Below are positions 28,622 to 38,016 of a stretch of DNA of 64,000 nucleotides, in pieces. How positions within the stretch are numbered: the stretch's first letter is position 1; every line of letters starts with the position of its first letter. The notes beneath the pieces are model-generated. The model saw nothing but the letters and a program-made list of their open reading frames with translations, was not told the origin of the DNA and searched no databases. Both the position numbers and the translations under genes were made by a program. Source of the stretch: Dehalococcoidia bacterium (GTDB lineage: Bacteria; Chloroflexota; Dehalococcoidia; Bin125); assembly GCA_963555985.3 (NCBI GenBank), contig OY820591.1, positions 2,336,001 to 2,400,000 on the forward strand. The letters are read 5' to 3'.

Positions 28622-29419
28622 GTGGACCAGCTCGTCGACCGATTCGAAACACTTGGCGCCGACGCCGCGCTCTATGCGCCGCGCCTGCTCGGGGCAGCCG
28701 CTTTCCTGTTGCTCGGTGTGGCCATCGCCTGGTTGATGGATCGCGCACTGCAGGCGATCTGCCGACGCATGCAACTGGATGAATCCAGCGGCGGCCAGCG
28801 ATTGCAGTTTTTGTTCTCGCTGGCCGGTTTCCAGACCAGTCCGAGCACCGCGCTGAGATGGGTAGTGCGCTGGACGCTGATCGTAGTGGCGGTGGCCCAG
28901 GCCGCGCGCTTTCTCGATCTCTACGTGGTCGCAAACGTGATCGACCGGCTCATCAACATCGCCCCGATCTTGCTCGTCGTCCTGGCCGTGGCCTTCATCG
29001 GCGCCGCGCTCAGCGAGCGTCTCTCCAGGGCGGCCCACGCCGCGGCCGAGCGGAGTGGCGCCATTCCGCCGACGCTCGTGGCCGGTACGGTCCGCGCGGC
29101 GATCCTGGCCGGAGCGCTGGCGCTGGCTCTCGAGGCGGCCGGCGTGACGGCCAACCTGCCCGTCGTCGTCCTGGCAATATGTCTGGCGGCCACGCTGGTG
29201 CTCGTGATCGCCGCCCTGGTGATCGGCGCGCGGGGCCTGCTCGAAAACCTGCTCGCCGCCCGCTACGTGGAAGAGCACTACATCGAGGGACAGATCGTCG
29301 AGTTCCACTCGGAGCGGGCCCAGATCCGTTCGATCGGTCTTTTGGCAACCGTCGTTCGCACCAGTGACGGGACTGACCACACGATGCCGAACGCGATGTT
29401 CCTGCGGGAATCGATCTGA
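28622..29419 (+). CDS. MscS-like small-conductance mechanosensitive channel protein (TM_helix repeats)
   Basis: PRLLGAA..LL.G, second repeat PILLVV, GARGLLENLLA, GQIVE.....I.SIGLLAT......HTMPN. Confidence 0.8.
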   Translation: MDQLVDRFETLGADAALYAPRLLGAAAFLLLGVAIAWLMDRALQAICRRMQLDESSGGQRLQFLFSLAGFQTSPSTALRWVVRWTLIVVAVAQAARFLDLYVVANVIDRLINIAPILLVVLAVAFIGAALSERLSRAAHAAAERSGAIPPTLVAGTVRAAILAGALALALEAAGVTANLPVVVLAICLAATLVLVIAALVIGARGLLENLLAARYVEEHYIEGQIVEFHSERAQIRSIGLLATVVRTSDGTDHTMPNAMFLRESI

Positions 29420-29479
29420 GTTCGGCGACCACACCGGAAGCGTCCGCGGCGACGCCGTCGCGGCCAGGCGAAAGGAACG

Positions 29480-29851
29480 ATGATGGCAACGGAAGAACAG
29501 CAGGCTCCCAGCGGACAACTCGAGATCGACGACAACGTCTTGGACCGGATTGCCGCCATGGCCGCGGAGGCGGTCGAGGGCGTCTATTCGCTCGGGCGCA
29601 GCGGCATCGCCGGTGCGATCGACAGCGTGCGCGGCGCCGGCGTGAGTTCCGAGCACGGACGGCGCGAGGCGGCCTTCGACTTCGACCTCGTGGTGCAGTG
29701 GGGTCAGAACATCCCCAGCGTCGTCGAAGAAGTACGAGCCAAAGTCGCTGAGGCGATTGAGACGATGACCAACCTGAAGACGGTGGAGATCAACATCCAC
29801 GTGCGGGACATCCATCGCGACGACGAGCCTGCGGGCCGCAAGCTGGATTAA
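29480..29851 (+). CDS. Asp23/Gls24 family envelope stress protein
   Basis: G.LEIDDNVLDRIAAMAA..VEGV, D.VVQWGQNIP, IETMT.L..VEINIHVRDI. Confidence 0.9.
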   Translation: MMATEEQQAPSGQLEIDDNVLDRIAAMAAEAVEGVYSLGRSGIAGAIDSVRGAGVSSEHGRREAAFDFDLVVQWGQNIPSVVEEVRAKVAEAIETMTNLKTVEINIHVRDIHRDDEPAGRKLD

Positions 29852-29896
29852 GGCCTGTATCGGCATCGACATGGCTGCAACGAGACGAGGATTAAG

Positions 29897-30508
29897 ATGC
29901 GCAGCGTTGCTCACTGGTTGAACACGCTCGTTGTAGCGGCCGGAGCGGTCGGCATGACGCTGGCCGCCGTCGGTGTCCTCCTCGTCCTCAGTGGCGCGCT
30001 CCAACCTGGTGCCGAAGCGCCGTTTCGCTGGTTCGCCAGCCAACTGACGCTGGCGCAGGAGCTTGGAGGGGGCGAAGCAACGCTCGCCTTCGCCCTCTCG
30101 GTCGTGGCCGGTCTGGCCGGCATCGCAATCACCCTGGCCGAGCTGCGGCTGCTGCTGCCCGCGGGCGCCGCGGCGCTGTTGATCAGCGATGACGAGTTAG
30201 GCCGGACCACGATCGAGCGGGATTCGGTCGAGTCGTTTCTAGCGTTGGTCGCGAGCTCGATTGAACGGGTCGAATCGGCGCATGTACGGGCCCGGGCCAA
30301 CCGCGACGGCAGCCTCAGCGTCAGCGCCGGGCTTAGCCTCAGTCCGAACCGGGAAACCGTGGTACCCAGCGCTGCAGCCGAAGCGCGCCGCGCGATGGCT
30401 GAGTCCGCATCCGCTCAGCTTGGCCTGGAAATCGTCGATCTGGTCGTCACCACCTCGATGCGGCCGACCCGCGCGGATCGAAAGCGCAGGCGGCTCCAAC
30501 TTGCCTAA
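29897..30508 (+). CDS. AmaP-like (Asp23 membrane anchor) protein
   Basis: Two N-terminal TMs, then G.TTIERDSVE..L..V and a C-terminal Asp23-like domain; follows asp23. Confidence 0.65.
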   Translation: MRSVAHWLNTLVVAAGAVGMTLAAVGVLLVLSGALQPGAEAPFRWFASQLTLAQELGGGEATLAFALSVVAGLAGIAITLAELRLLLPAGAAALLISDDELGRTTIERDSVESFLALVASSIERVESAHVRARANRDGSLSVSAGLSLSPNRETVVPSAAAEARRAMAESASAQLGLEIVDLVVTTSMRPTRADRKRRRLQLA

Positions 30509-30555
30509 GCCGCGCGCGAGGCACCTCCAGCTTCGACGTTCGCAGGATTGTACGC

Positions 30556-31515
30556 CTAGCCCAGAACCTGAGGATTCACAATCGCTTCGGGCCTGTTTCC
30601 GCTCACGACGTTGACCACGTTGCGAGTCGCCAGGGCACGCATGGCGTAGCGGGTTTCTTCGGTGGCGGTTCCGATGTGGGGGAAGCTGATCACGTTAGGG
30701 AGCTTGACGATTGGCTCGTCCGGGTCGGGGGGCTCGTCCTCGAGCACGTCGAGACCGGCTCCGGCTATCTGGTTGGCGACGAGTGCGTTGTGCAGGGCTT
30801 TCTGGTCGACGGCGGGGCCGCGCGACGTGTTGATCAGGTACGCGGTCGGCTTCATCAACGCGATCTCGCGCGCGCCGATCATGTGCCGCGACGACTGGTT
30901 GAGATCGGTGTGGACGCTGACGAAGTCGGACTCGGCGAGCAGTTCGTCGAGGGTGCGCTTTTCGGCCGGCGGCGCGTCGGCGGGCGGGTTGTCGTAGATG
31001 TCGTACCAGAGCACCTTCATGCCGGCGAAGTTGGCGCGGCGGGCCACTTCCTGGCCAATGCGTCCGAAGCCGACGATGCCGATGGTCTTGCCCAGGGGGT
31101 CGTTGGCCAGACCGGGATACGGCTCGCGGCGTCCCCAGCCACCGGAGCGGTTGTAGGCCTCGAACTCCATCAGATGGCGCGAGAGCATGAGCAGGAAGGC
31201 CATGGTCAGGTCGGCGACGGCGGCGCTGAGCACGCCGGGCGTGTTGCAGAGGGCGATGCCGTTGGCGGTGAGGAAGGGCACATCAAAGGCGTCGAAGCCG
31301 ACTGAGGTCGTCGCTACGACTTTCAGGTTGGGGGCGAGGTCGACGACCTGCTGGTCGATGGTGATCAGCGGGTTGCCCAGCACGCCGTCGGCGTCTTTGA
31401 CCGCTTCGAGGAACGCGCCGCGGTCGCGTCCGTCAACGACCCGAACATCGCCGGCCTCAGCGAGCATGTCGTGGAGTTCGTCTTCAATCGGTACGGCTTG
31501 GACGATGGTGGGCAT
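30556..31515 (-). CDS. D-2-hydroxyacid dehydrogenase (glyoxylate reductase-like)
   Basis: GIVGFGRIG, INTSRG, GLDV...EP, PHIGTAT. Confidence 0.95.
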   Translation of the reverse strand: MPTIVQAVPIEDELHDMLAEAGDVRVVDGRDRGAFLEAVKDADGVLGNPLITIDQQVVDLAPNLKVVATTSVGFDAFDVPFLTANGIALCNTPGVLSAAVADLTMAFLLMLSRHLMEFEAYNRSGGWGRREPYPGLANDPLGKTIGIVGFGRIGQEVARRANFAGMKVLWYDIYDNPPADAPPAEKRTLDELLAESDFVSVHTDLNQSSRHMIGAREIALMKPTAYLINTSRGPAVDQKALHNALVANQIAGAGLDVLEDEPPDPDEPIVKLPNVISFPHIGTATEETRYAMRALATRNVVNVVSGNRPEAIVNPQVLG

Positions 31516-31593
31516 GGTTCGGTCTTTCAGTTGTGGTGGGTTGGGTGAATGGTAGGACAGAGGCTCTCACCTAGAGGGAGAAGGGACGTTCGT

Positions 31594-32103
31594 TTAGGGG
31601 GGGTCGACAACGAGATCGGTGGTCACGATGGCGAAGACGCCCCCTGAGTCACGGACCGGCACGGAGCGTGTGATCATCCATACGTCACCGCCGCCGGCGT
31701 CGAAGTACGGGTCGGTCCAGATCCCCGCGCCGGAAGCCAGCGGCGCGGTGAACCAATCCTGTGTTTCGATTTGGTAGTCAGGATCGGCTAAGTCAGTCGT
31801 GACGTAGCCGCCAGCCGCGCGGTACACATAGGGACTTGCGATGACCGCGCCCGAGCGGTCGAGCAACGCGGCCGCGCTGCCGAAGAATGACGGGTGGTCC
31901 TCCAGGTACGAGCGCAGGCGCTGCACGTACTCGGCAACATCCCCCGGTGGATCCGCGGCCAAGTCCGCTGCCAACACGTCCAGCGCGGCAGCCGCTGCGC
32001 TGCGCAACTCGTCTTCGTCGGCAGCGTCGTCGCTGCATCCCTGGATCACGATCAGGGCGAGCACGGCGAGCAGCAGGACGCCAACCAGCCGCAGGAGCTT
32101 CAC
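31594..32103 (-). CDS. Stand-alone Cache/PDC sensor-domain lipoprotein
   Basis: Signal ending IQGC; SPYVYR, QDWFTAP..SG.GIWTDPYFDAGGG.VWMITRSVPV...GVFAIVTTD. No second TM or output domain. Confidence 0.75.
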   Translation of the reverse strand: MKLLRLVGVLLLAVLALIVIQGCSDDAADEDELRSAAAAALDVLAADLAADPPGDVAEYVQRLRSYLEDHPSFFGSAAALLDRSGAVIASPYVYRAAGGYVTTDLADPDYQIETQDWFTAPLASGAGIWTDPYFDAGGGDVWMITRSVPVRDSGGVFAIVTTDLVVDPP

Positions 32104-32145
32104 GCTTCGGGCTCCCGATCCGGACCGTTCGAATGCGAGCACACG

Positions 32146-33165
32146 TCAGTGCGGATCCAGCCGATACACCCGCAGCGCCGTGTCATGGAACATCTGATCC
32201 TTCTCATCTTGCGGGTAATCCGCGACGAGCTTGAAGAACTGGTTGTACATGTTCGTGTAGCTGCAGGAGGCCTTGTCGACCGGGAAGTTGCTCTCGAACA
32301 TGCAGCGGTCGGGACCGAAGGATTGAATCGTGTGCTCGTACCAGGGTCGGTTGACTTGGAGCAGCTCGTCCGAGGATGGCGCCCGTTCCCGCTCGTGCCA
32401 GCCGAAGCCGTTGATCACCATCTGGATGCCGCCGACTTTGGCGACGACGTTCTCGCAGGTAGCGAGCTCGCTGATCGAATCGCGCCAGCCCGGGAAGATT
32501 TCGTCGTGCTTGCCGGCATAGGGGCCGATGCCGAGCGGGCCTCCGAGGTGGTTGAGGATGATCGTGGTGTCGGGGAAGGCGCGGGCGAGCTCGGTCAGTT
32601 CGGGGATTTGGGGATGGTAGAGCCAACCCTCGAAGCTGAGGTTGCGCTTGCCCAGCTCGGCGAAGCCGGCGCGATAGGTCTCGTTCAGATAGAGGTGCGG
32701 CTGATCGACGATCCGCGAGTTGGGCACGTCGGGCGACGGGTCCCAGCTGGCGTGGTGGCGGATGCCTCGGAAGCGTGAGCTCATCTCCATGTGCGCATCC
32801 AGCACCTCGCCGACGGCTGCGCCGAGTAGCAGGTCGGCATGGGAGACGATGCCGGTGCAGGCGCGCATCTCGCCGTAGATGCCGCTCGCGCTCTGGGCGG
32901 AGACGCCGGCGACATACTCGGTCTCACCGACCGGGGCCATCGCGCGGTCGCCTTCGGCGCGATACATCGCTCCGCACTCGATGAACACGGTCTGGCGGAC
33001 GTTGAGGTCGGCGGTGTCTTCGAGCAGCTCGTCGAGGAAATAGCGCAGCAGACGGCCGTCCTCGCGGCCGTCCCAGAGGTGGTGGTGCGGATCGATGATC
33101 TTCTGATCGGGGTCGAAGGCCGGCTCCTGGTTGGTGGCGAGCCAGTCGAAGTTGTTGGTGACCAT
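32146..33165 (-). CDS. Amidohydrolase family protein (Amidohydro_2)
   Basis: IDPHHHLWD, FRGIRH, ILNHLGGP, FGPDRCMFESNFPVD. Confidence 0.93.
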   Translation of the reverse strand: MVTNNFDWLATNQEPAFDPDQKIIDPHHHLWDGREDGRLLRYFLDELLEDTADLNVRQTVFIECGAMYRAEGDRAMAPVGETEYVAGVSAQSASGIYGEMRACTGIVSHADLLLGAAVGEVLDAHMEMSSRFRGIRHHASWDPSPDVPNSRIVDQPHLYLNETYRAGFAELGKRNLSFEGWLYHPQIPELTELARAFPDTTIILNHLGGPLGIGPYAGKHDEIFPGWRDSISELATCENVVAKVGGIQMVINGFGWHERERAPSSDELLQVNRPWYEHTIQSFGPDRCMFESNFPVDKASCSYTNMYNQFFKLVADYPQDEKDQMFHDTALRVYRLDPH

Positions 33166-33174
33166 GTTTGACTC

Positions 33175-33981
33175 CTAGACGCCGTCCGTGAGTTCGCGGA
33201 GGCCGCGGCCGAGCTCGGTGTAGCCCTGGTTGAGGAGGAAACGGTCCCAACCAATGCAGAAGTGGCGCACGCCCAGGTCGAGGTAGCGCTGGGCCTGCTC
33301 GACCGCGCCGATCTCGATTCGGGGCGCGACGCCCCACTCGATCGACTTGGCGATCACCTTCTCTTCGGCCTCGCGTACTTCCTCGGGATTCGGCCGTTCG
33401 TCGAAGGAGAAGCCGTAGTCGGCGGGACCCCACTGGGTCATGTCCACGCCGAGTTCGGCGGCGCGCTCGAGAATCGCATCGATGTCTTCGAGGGCGACGC
33501 GCTTCTCGATCATGATCACGGTGACGATGCCGTCGAGATCGGCGCCGTAGTCGTCGGCCGCGTATCCGGCGAGCGCCGGACGCCGCGTCTTGACGCCCAT
33601 ATGCCCTCCCAGTTCGCCGAGCGTGCTCGGCCTGTCGGGGCGGATCGCCTGGAGCGCCAGGTCAACGTCCTCGGGTGTGCGGATGTCTGTGTAGAGCATC
33701 GCCTTGAATCCGGCTCCGAGCGCCGCCTGCGCCCAGAAGGTCTGGTTGGCCTGATCGAGCTTGATCATCAGGGGGAGATTGCCGCACTGCGCGGCGCGTG
33801 CGAGATGGTAGAGGGTCTTCATGTCGAAGGTGGAGTACTCGGCCACGTACTCGGCGTAGTCGAACTGACCCGTGTCGCCGATCAGCTCGGCGATGTCCGG
33901 GTCGTTGAAGAGGAAATGGGTCCCGATCGTCGGTTTGCCGGCATTGAGCGTCTCGCGGAAGGTGTTGGGAAGTACGGCCAT
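33175..33981 (-). CDS. HpcH/HpaI aldolase family protein
   Basis: FDY.EY.AEY, VIMIEKRVALEDID.IL, WGPADY, HFCIGWD. Confidence 0.88.
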   Translation of the reverse strand: MAVLPNTFRETLNAGKPTIGTHFLFNDPDIAELIGDTGQFDYAEYVAEYSTFDMKTLYHLARAAQCGNLPLMIKLDQANQTFWAQAALGAGFKAMLYTDIRTPEDVDLALQAIRPDRPSTLGELGGHMGVKTRRPALAGYAADDYGADLDGIVTVIMIEKRVALEDIDAILERAAELGVDMTQWGPADYGFSFDERPNPEEVREAEEKVIAKSIEWGVAPRIEIGAVEQAQRYLDLGVRHFCIGWDRFLLNQGYTELGRGLRELTDGV

Positions 33982-34094
33982 AAGTCGGGGCTCCTTGATG
34001 TTGTTCGAGAGTGGTTCGCGGAACAGGGTAGACGCGACGCCGTCCTCCGGGTATTAGCCTGCGCCGCAGCGGACTGAGGCAGAGAGGCAGAGCC

Positions 34095-34766
34095 ATGGAT
34101 CTCTACGAACACCGTGTGACGATGGTGGAGCCGAAGCGCTTCCCCGAGTACCGCGACCTGTTTCTGCAAGAGAGCTGGCCGCGACTGGTGGGGGCGGGCT
34201 TTCGTCCGCTGTGTCTGCTCAACCCGGCGATTGGCGGGACGCCAGAGGAGGTGCACAGCTTCACTGGGTTTCCGTCGTGGGACGACTGGCGGCGGGGTCA
34301 GGAGATCCTGGTTGGGATTGGCGACGGCGCCTATCGGAAGGTTCGCCGCGAGTTGATCGTGAATGAGACGGCGCGGCCGAAGATCCCGTATTCGGGGCGT
34401 CCGCTGGCGCTGACGCCCGATTCCGATCGGCGGGCGGTGTACGGGCTGCGTCGCTGGACGATTGATCCAGATACGTGGGGGCGGTTCTCGGAGCTGACCG
34501 AGTTTGGGGTCTGGCCAGCGATGGACGCGATGGGGCATCGGGTGCTGGGTAACTTCACCGACGCCGTGCTGAGCGACGATATGGAGGTGACCAACCTGGC
34601 CGGTTATACTTCGGTTGGCCATTGGCATGAGACTCGAACGCCAGAGGCGCCGGGGTCGGGAGTGTCGGAGGAGTTGCTGAAGCTGTTTCGGGAGAGTATT
34701 CGCGAGCGGCATTCGCTGACTCGTCATACGTGGGTGCAGGTGATGAACGCACACTGGCCTGAGTGA
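34095..34766 (+). CDS. Tandem NIPSNAP-like (dimeric alpha-beta barrel) protein
   Basis: Two similar halves: LYEHRV..V.P...EY...F...WP and VYGLRRWTIDP..W..F.......WPAM. Confidence 0.6.
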   Translation: MDLYEHRVTMVEPKRFPEYRDLFLQESWPRLVGAGFRPLCLLNPAIGGTPEEVHSFTGFPSWDDWRRGQEILVGIGDGAYRKVRRELIVNETARPKIPYSGRPLALTPDSDRRAVYGLRRWTIDPDTWGRFSELTEFGVWPAMDAMGHRVLGNFTDAVLSDDMEVTNLAGYTSVGHWHETRTPEAPGSGVSEELLKLFRESIRERHSLTRHTWVQVMNAHWPE

Positions 34767-34788
34767 TCGATGGCGCGCTGCCGAATGT

Positions 34789-35559
34789 CTAGGACAACAA
34801 CTCGAAATGCTCGCTCCAAGCGGAACCGACCAGCGCTAGAACACGATCTGCAAGGATTTCAGCGTGAGTCGGAGTCGCCAGAACGAAATAGGCGCGCGCC
34901 GTTCCGCGACCGAATCTCAACGCGAAGATGTCGCCAGGCTGTATGCGCCCAATCAAACGTTCACACCACTCGGCGATTTGCTGCGAATGGCTGCCATTAC
35001 GGGCGAGGTGGTGATAAATCACGACCGATTGACCGCGATCGTATAGCTGTTGGACTTCTTCGAGGTAGGTGTATTTCGGTGCCTTGACCCGCGTGATCGG
35101 AGTTGACTTTGTCTCAAGTCCATTGTCGGGATCGAGAAAGACAAGATCGCATTTCGCAGTAGCGCGCCGTGACTCATCCGCCCAACGCCTGCGTGGGATA
35201 GCTCTCGCCTCGCCCGATGCGTCCGTTCGGGGTCCAGCAACGTAGTCGCGATAGAAGGCAGTATTCGCTCCCAGCAGGCCCGTTTCCTCGACGGCGGCAA
35301 CACGCCTGTCATTGCGAGCGACAATCTCCTGAAGCCGGTCATACAGGGGCGGGTCACAAGGCCGATACTCAGGCATTTTGTCGGGACGCAGATATCCGAT
35401 GTGCTTGCCGTCGTTGGCTGAGTCTGCCTCGACAATCGATTCGTCGGTTCGGTACCAGATCACGCCGAGTCGCAGCACCGGGTCGTCGTGACCGCACAGC
35501 GCTCGCAACAAGCCGTACTTGCCGAAGTCTCCTACGTCGCCCGTGTAGCGGTCTTGCAT
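34789..35559 (-). CDS. Conserved hypothetical protein, RlmJ-like SAM-dependent methyltransferase fold (inferred)
   Basis: MQDRYTGDVGDFGKYGLLRAL, LGVIWY, DLVFLDPDNGL, SVVIYHH. Confidence 0.6.
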   Translation of the reverse strand: MQDRYTGDVGDFGKYGLLRALCGHDDPVLRLGVIWYRTDESIVEADSANDGKHIGYLRPDKMPEYRPCDPPLYDRLQEIVARNDRRVAAVEETGLLGANTAFYRDYVAGPRTDASGEARAIPRRRWADESRRATAKCDLVFLDPDNGLETKSTPITRVKAPKYTYLEEVQQLYDRGQSVVIYHHLARNGSHSQQIAEWCERLIGRIQPGDIFALRFGRGTARAYFVLATPTHAEILADRVLALVGSAWSEHFELLS

Positions 35560-35600
35560 GTCGGCAGCGTACAAGCCATATCGGAGGGAGAACGAGACAG

Positions 35601-35671
35601 GAGCGGGTCCCCGCTCGGGGGCGGGGACAGGACCCCCTCAGCCTTCGGCAGCTCCCCCTTGCAGGGGGAGC
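35601..35671. repeat. Cluster of palindromic repeats
   Basis: GTCCCCGCTCGGGGGCGGGGAC (35607-35628; near-identical reverse complement of 42579-42600) plus ACCCCCTCAGCCTTCGGCAGCTCCCCCTTGCAGGGGGAGC. Confidence 0.75.
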
Positions 35672-35703
35672 GCGGAAGTGGGCGCGAGCAACTGGCGCCT
35701 TCG

Positions 35704-36720
35704 CTACGCGTTGAACTGCGGGACCAGGTAGTCGTGGTCCTTGTGGTAGACCTGCACGCGGCCTCGGCCTCCGTCGCTGATCGCGATCCGGTCCTGGCCG
35801 TCGATGGCGATGCCTCGGGGGCGGTCGAAGATGCCGAACTTGATCAGCTCGACCGGATTGACGCGGCGGAAGGCCTGCGCGTACTCCATGTTGACTTCCA
35901 TGACCTGTTGGGCGGTCTTGGAGAATTCGTGGGCGTCGCCCTGGAGGCTGCAAATGATGTCTCCGTCGGGGTAGTAGATCTGGACTCGGCGGTTGCCCCA
36001 GTCGCAGACGTAGACGTCGCCGACGCTGTCGACAGCGACATCGGCGGGGCGCTTGAGGCTGCCGCCGTCGTCGAAGTCTTCGTAGCGGGAGCCGAAGCGG
36101 ACCAGGAACTCACCGTCCGGCGCGAACTTCTGCACGCGGTCGTTGCCCCAGTCGGCGAGGTAGAGCGAGCCCTCATTGTCGAAGGAGATGCCCCAGGGGT
36201 GATTGAGCTGGCCTTCGCCGGATCCCTGCGTGCCCCAGGAACCGAGGAATTCGCCATCCTTGGTGAACTGCTGGACGCGGTGGTTGAGGCTGTCGACGAC
36301 GTGCAGGTTGTCGTCGGCGTCGAAGGCGATCCCGGAGGGTCGGTTGAACTGACCGTCGCCGTCGCCGAACTCGCCCCAGTCGCCGATCGGCGAGCCTTCG
36401 GGGTCGTAGCCGAAGATGCGGTGGTGGAAGGCGTCGGCGCACCAGACGGAGCCGTCGCGGGCGAGCGCGAGGCCCTCGGGCCACTTGAGGTCGCCGGCGC
36501 CCATCTCGCCGAGGAACTCGTCCTCGATCCGATGCTTGTAGATCTTCGAGCCGAGGCCGCCTGCGCCCGAGTACTCGGCCAGGCCGATATCGGCGACGTA
36601 GATCGTGCCGCTGGCGGTCGCTGCAATCGGGGTCGGGTAGGTGTAGCCCTGCGGGCCGACGAAGTGCCCGATCGAGTGGTCGAAATGCCAGGTGCGTCCG
36701 GCGACTGTTGTGGTCAGCAT
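35704..36720 (-). CDS. NHL-repeat beta-propeller protein
   Basis: Repeated GQFNRPSGIA / VDSLNHRVQQF / DWGNDRVQKF units; no signal peptide. Confidence 0.93.
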   Translation of the reverse strand: MLTTTVAGRTWHFDHSIGHFVGPQGYTYPTPIAATASGTIYVADIGLAEYSGAGGLGSKIYKHRIEDEFLGEMGAGDLKWPEGLALARDGSVWCADAFHHRIFGYDPEGSPIGDWGEFGDGDGQFNRPSGIAFDADDNLHVVDSLNHRVQQFTKDGEFLGSWGTQGSGEGQLNHPWGISFDNEGSLYLADWGNDRVQKFAPDGEFLVRFGSRYEDFDDGGSLKRPADVAVDSVGDVYVCDWGNRRVQIYYPDGDIICSLQGDAHEFSKTAQQVMEVNMEYAQAFRRVNPVELIKFGIFDRPRGIAIDGQDRIAISDGGRGRVQVYHKDHDYLVPQFNA

Positions 36721-36750
36721 GGCGGTTCCTCTTTGCTGTTCTTGCGGCTG

Positions 36751-36787
36751 GCCCTCACCCTGGCCCTCTCCCAGAGGGAGAGGGGAC
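36751..36787. repeat. Palindromic repeat CCCTCACCCTGGCCCTCTCCC..GGGAGAGGG
   Basis: Hairpin CCCTCTCCC-AGA-GGGAGAGGG with a CCCTCACCC leader; a widespread short intergenic repeat type. Confidence 0.75.
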
Positions 36788-36832
36788 TTCAGCTTTCTGG
36801 CAGAGGGCTACGGTGAGAGCGCTCCCCAGTGC

Positions 36833-37990
36833 CTATGCGGTCGCCATGAGCGGGTCGACGAAGCGCAGCTTCTCGAACTCGCCGTCGACGATCGGCTTGG
36901 CGTCGAGACCCATCCAGTCTTCGAGCAGCGTTGAGTAGACGCCGCGGAAGTCGTGGTTGGGGACCAGGTCGCCCTGCTCGAGGTGCTTGGGGTTGATGCT
37001 GGGGAACTCGCCGTGCATGCCGCCCCTGACCTGCGGCCCGATCACGAAGCAGCCGCCGCCGGCGCCGTGGTCGGAGCCGGAGCCGTTATCGCGCACGCGG
37101 CGGCCGAACTCGGTGAACAGGAACATCGTCACGTTGTCGGCTGCGTCGTGCGCCTTGACGTCGTCCCAGAAGTCGGAGATCGCCCGCGAGAGGTCGGTCC
37201 AGAGCTTCTCGAAGACCGGCTTCTGGTTGGCGTGGGTGTCGAAGCCGATCAGCTGGGTGTAGAAGACGCGCGTGCCGAGGTCGGCGCAGTGGATCGTGGC
37301 GATGTCCTTGAGGCTGCGCGAGATCTGCTCGGTACCCCACTCGACCGCGGTTTCGTAGCGGCCGAGTCCCTCCTTGAGGATGTCGGCGCCCTTGAGCGCG
37401 TCGAGTCCGGTGCGGCCCAGGTATTCCTGGACGTAGCCGGTGCCGATCGCGCGGCCGTACATGTTGACGAAGCGTTCGAGCATCTTCTCGCGCTGTTGCT
37501 GCTGCTCGATGCCGGTCAGCAGACCGTAGGTCGAGAGGTCGGCGACTGAGGCAACGGTCACACCCGGCACGACCAGCGCGCGGGGCAGGCCCTGCCCGAT
37601 GTGGACGCCGGTGACCGGGTTCTCACCGGTCGGGTCGAGATCGCGGATGGCGCGGCCGACCCAACCCTCGGTGCCGACCTTGTTGGGCTCGCAGGTGTGC
37701 CAGATGTCCATCGAGCGGAAGTGCGAGCGGGGCGAGTTGGGATAGCCGACGCCGTGAATCAACGCCATCTCGCCCTGGTCGTAGAGCTCCTTCAGGGGCG
37801 CCATCGTCGGATGCAGGCCGAAATGGTCGTCGATCTTGAGGACCTGGTCCTCGCCGATGCAGAGGTCGCCGTTGCGGGCGTCGTTGTAGTACCCGTCGGC
37901 GTAGGGCACCACGCTGTTCATGTAGTCGTTGCCGCCGGTCAACTGGATGATGACGACGACGGGCTCTTTGCTTCTGGTCGCGGTGGTCAT
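36833..37990 (-). CDS. DUF1501 domain protein (no Tat signal)
   Basis: VIIQLTGGND..N.VVP, GLHP, GVGYPN..RSHFRSMDIW, GFDTHANQ, TEFGRR..DNGSGSDHG, DFRGVY. Confidence 0.93.
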   Translation of the reverse strand: MTTATRSKEPVVVIIQLTGGNDYMNSVVPYADGYYNDARNGDLCIGEDQVLKIDDHFGLHPTMAPLKELYDQGEMALIHGVGYPNSPRSHFRSMDIWHTCEPNKVGTEGWVGRAIRDLDPTGENPVTGVHIGQGLPRALVVPGVTVASVADLSTYGLLTGIEQQQQREKMLERFVNMYGRAIGTGYVQEYLGRTGLDALKGADILKEGLGRYETAVEWGTEQISRSLKDIATIHCADLGTRVFYTQLIGFDTHANQKPVFEKLWTDLSRAISDFWDDVKAHDAADNVTMFLFTEFGRRVRDNGSGSDHGAGGGCFVIGPQVRGGMHGEFPSINPKHLEQGDLVPNHDFRGVYSTLLEDWMGLDAKPIVDGEFEKLRFVDPLMATA

Positions 37991-38016
37991 GGCTGGGTGT
38001 CTCCTGGTGGTCGCCT

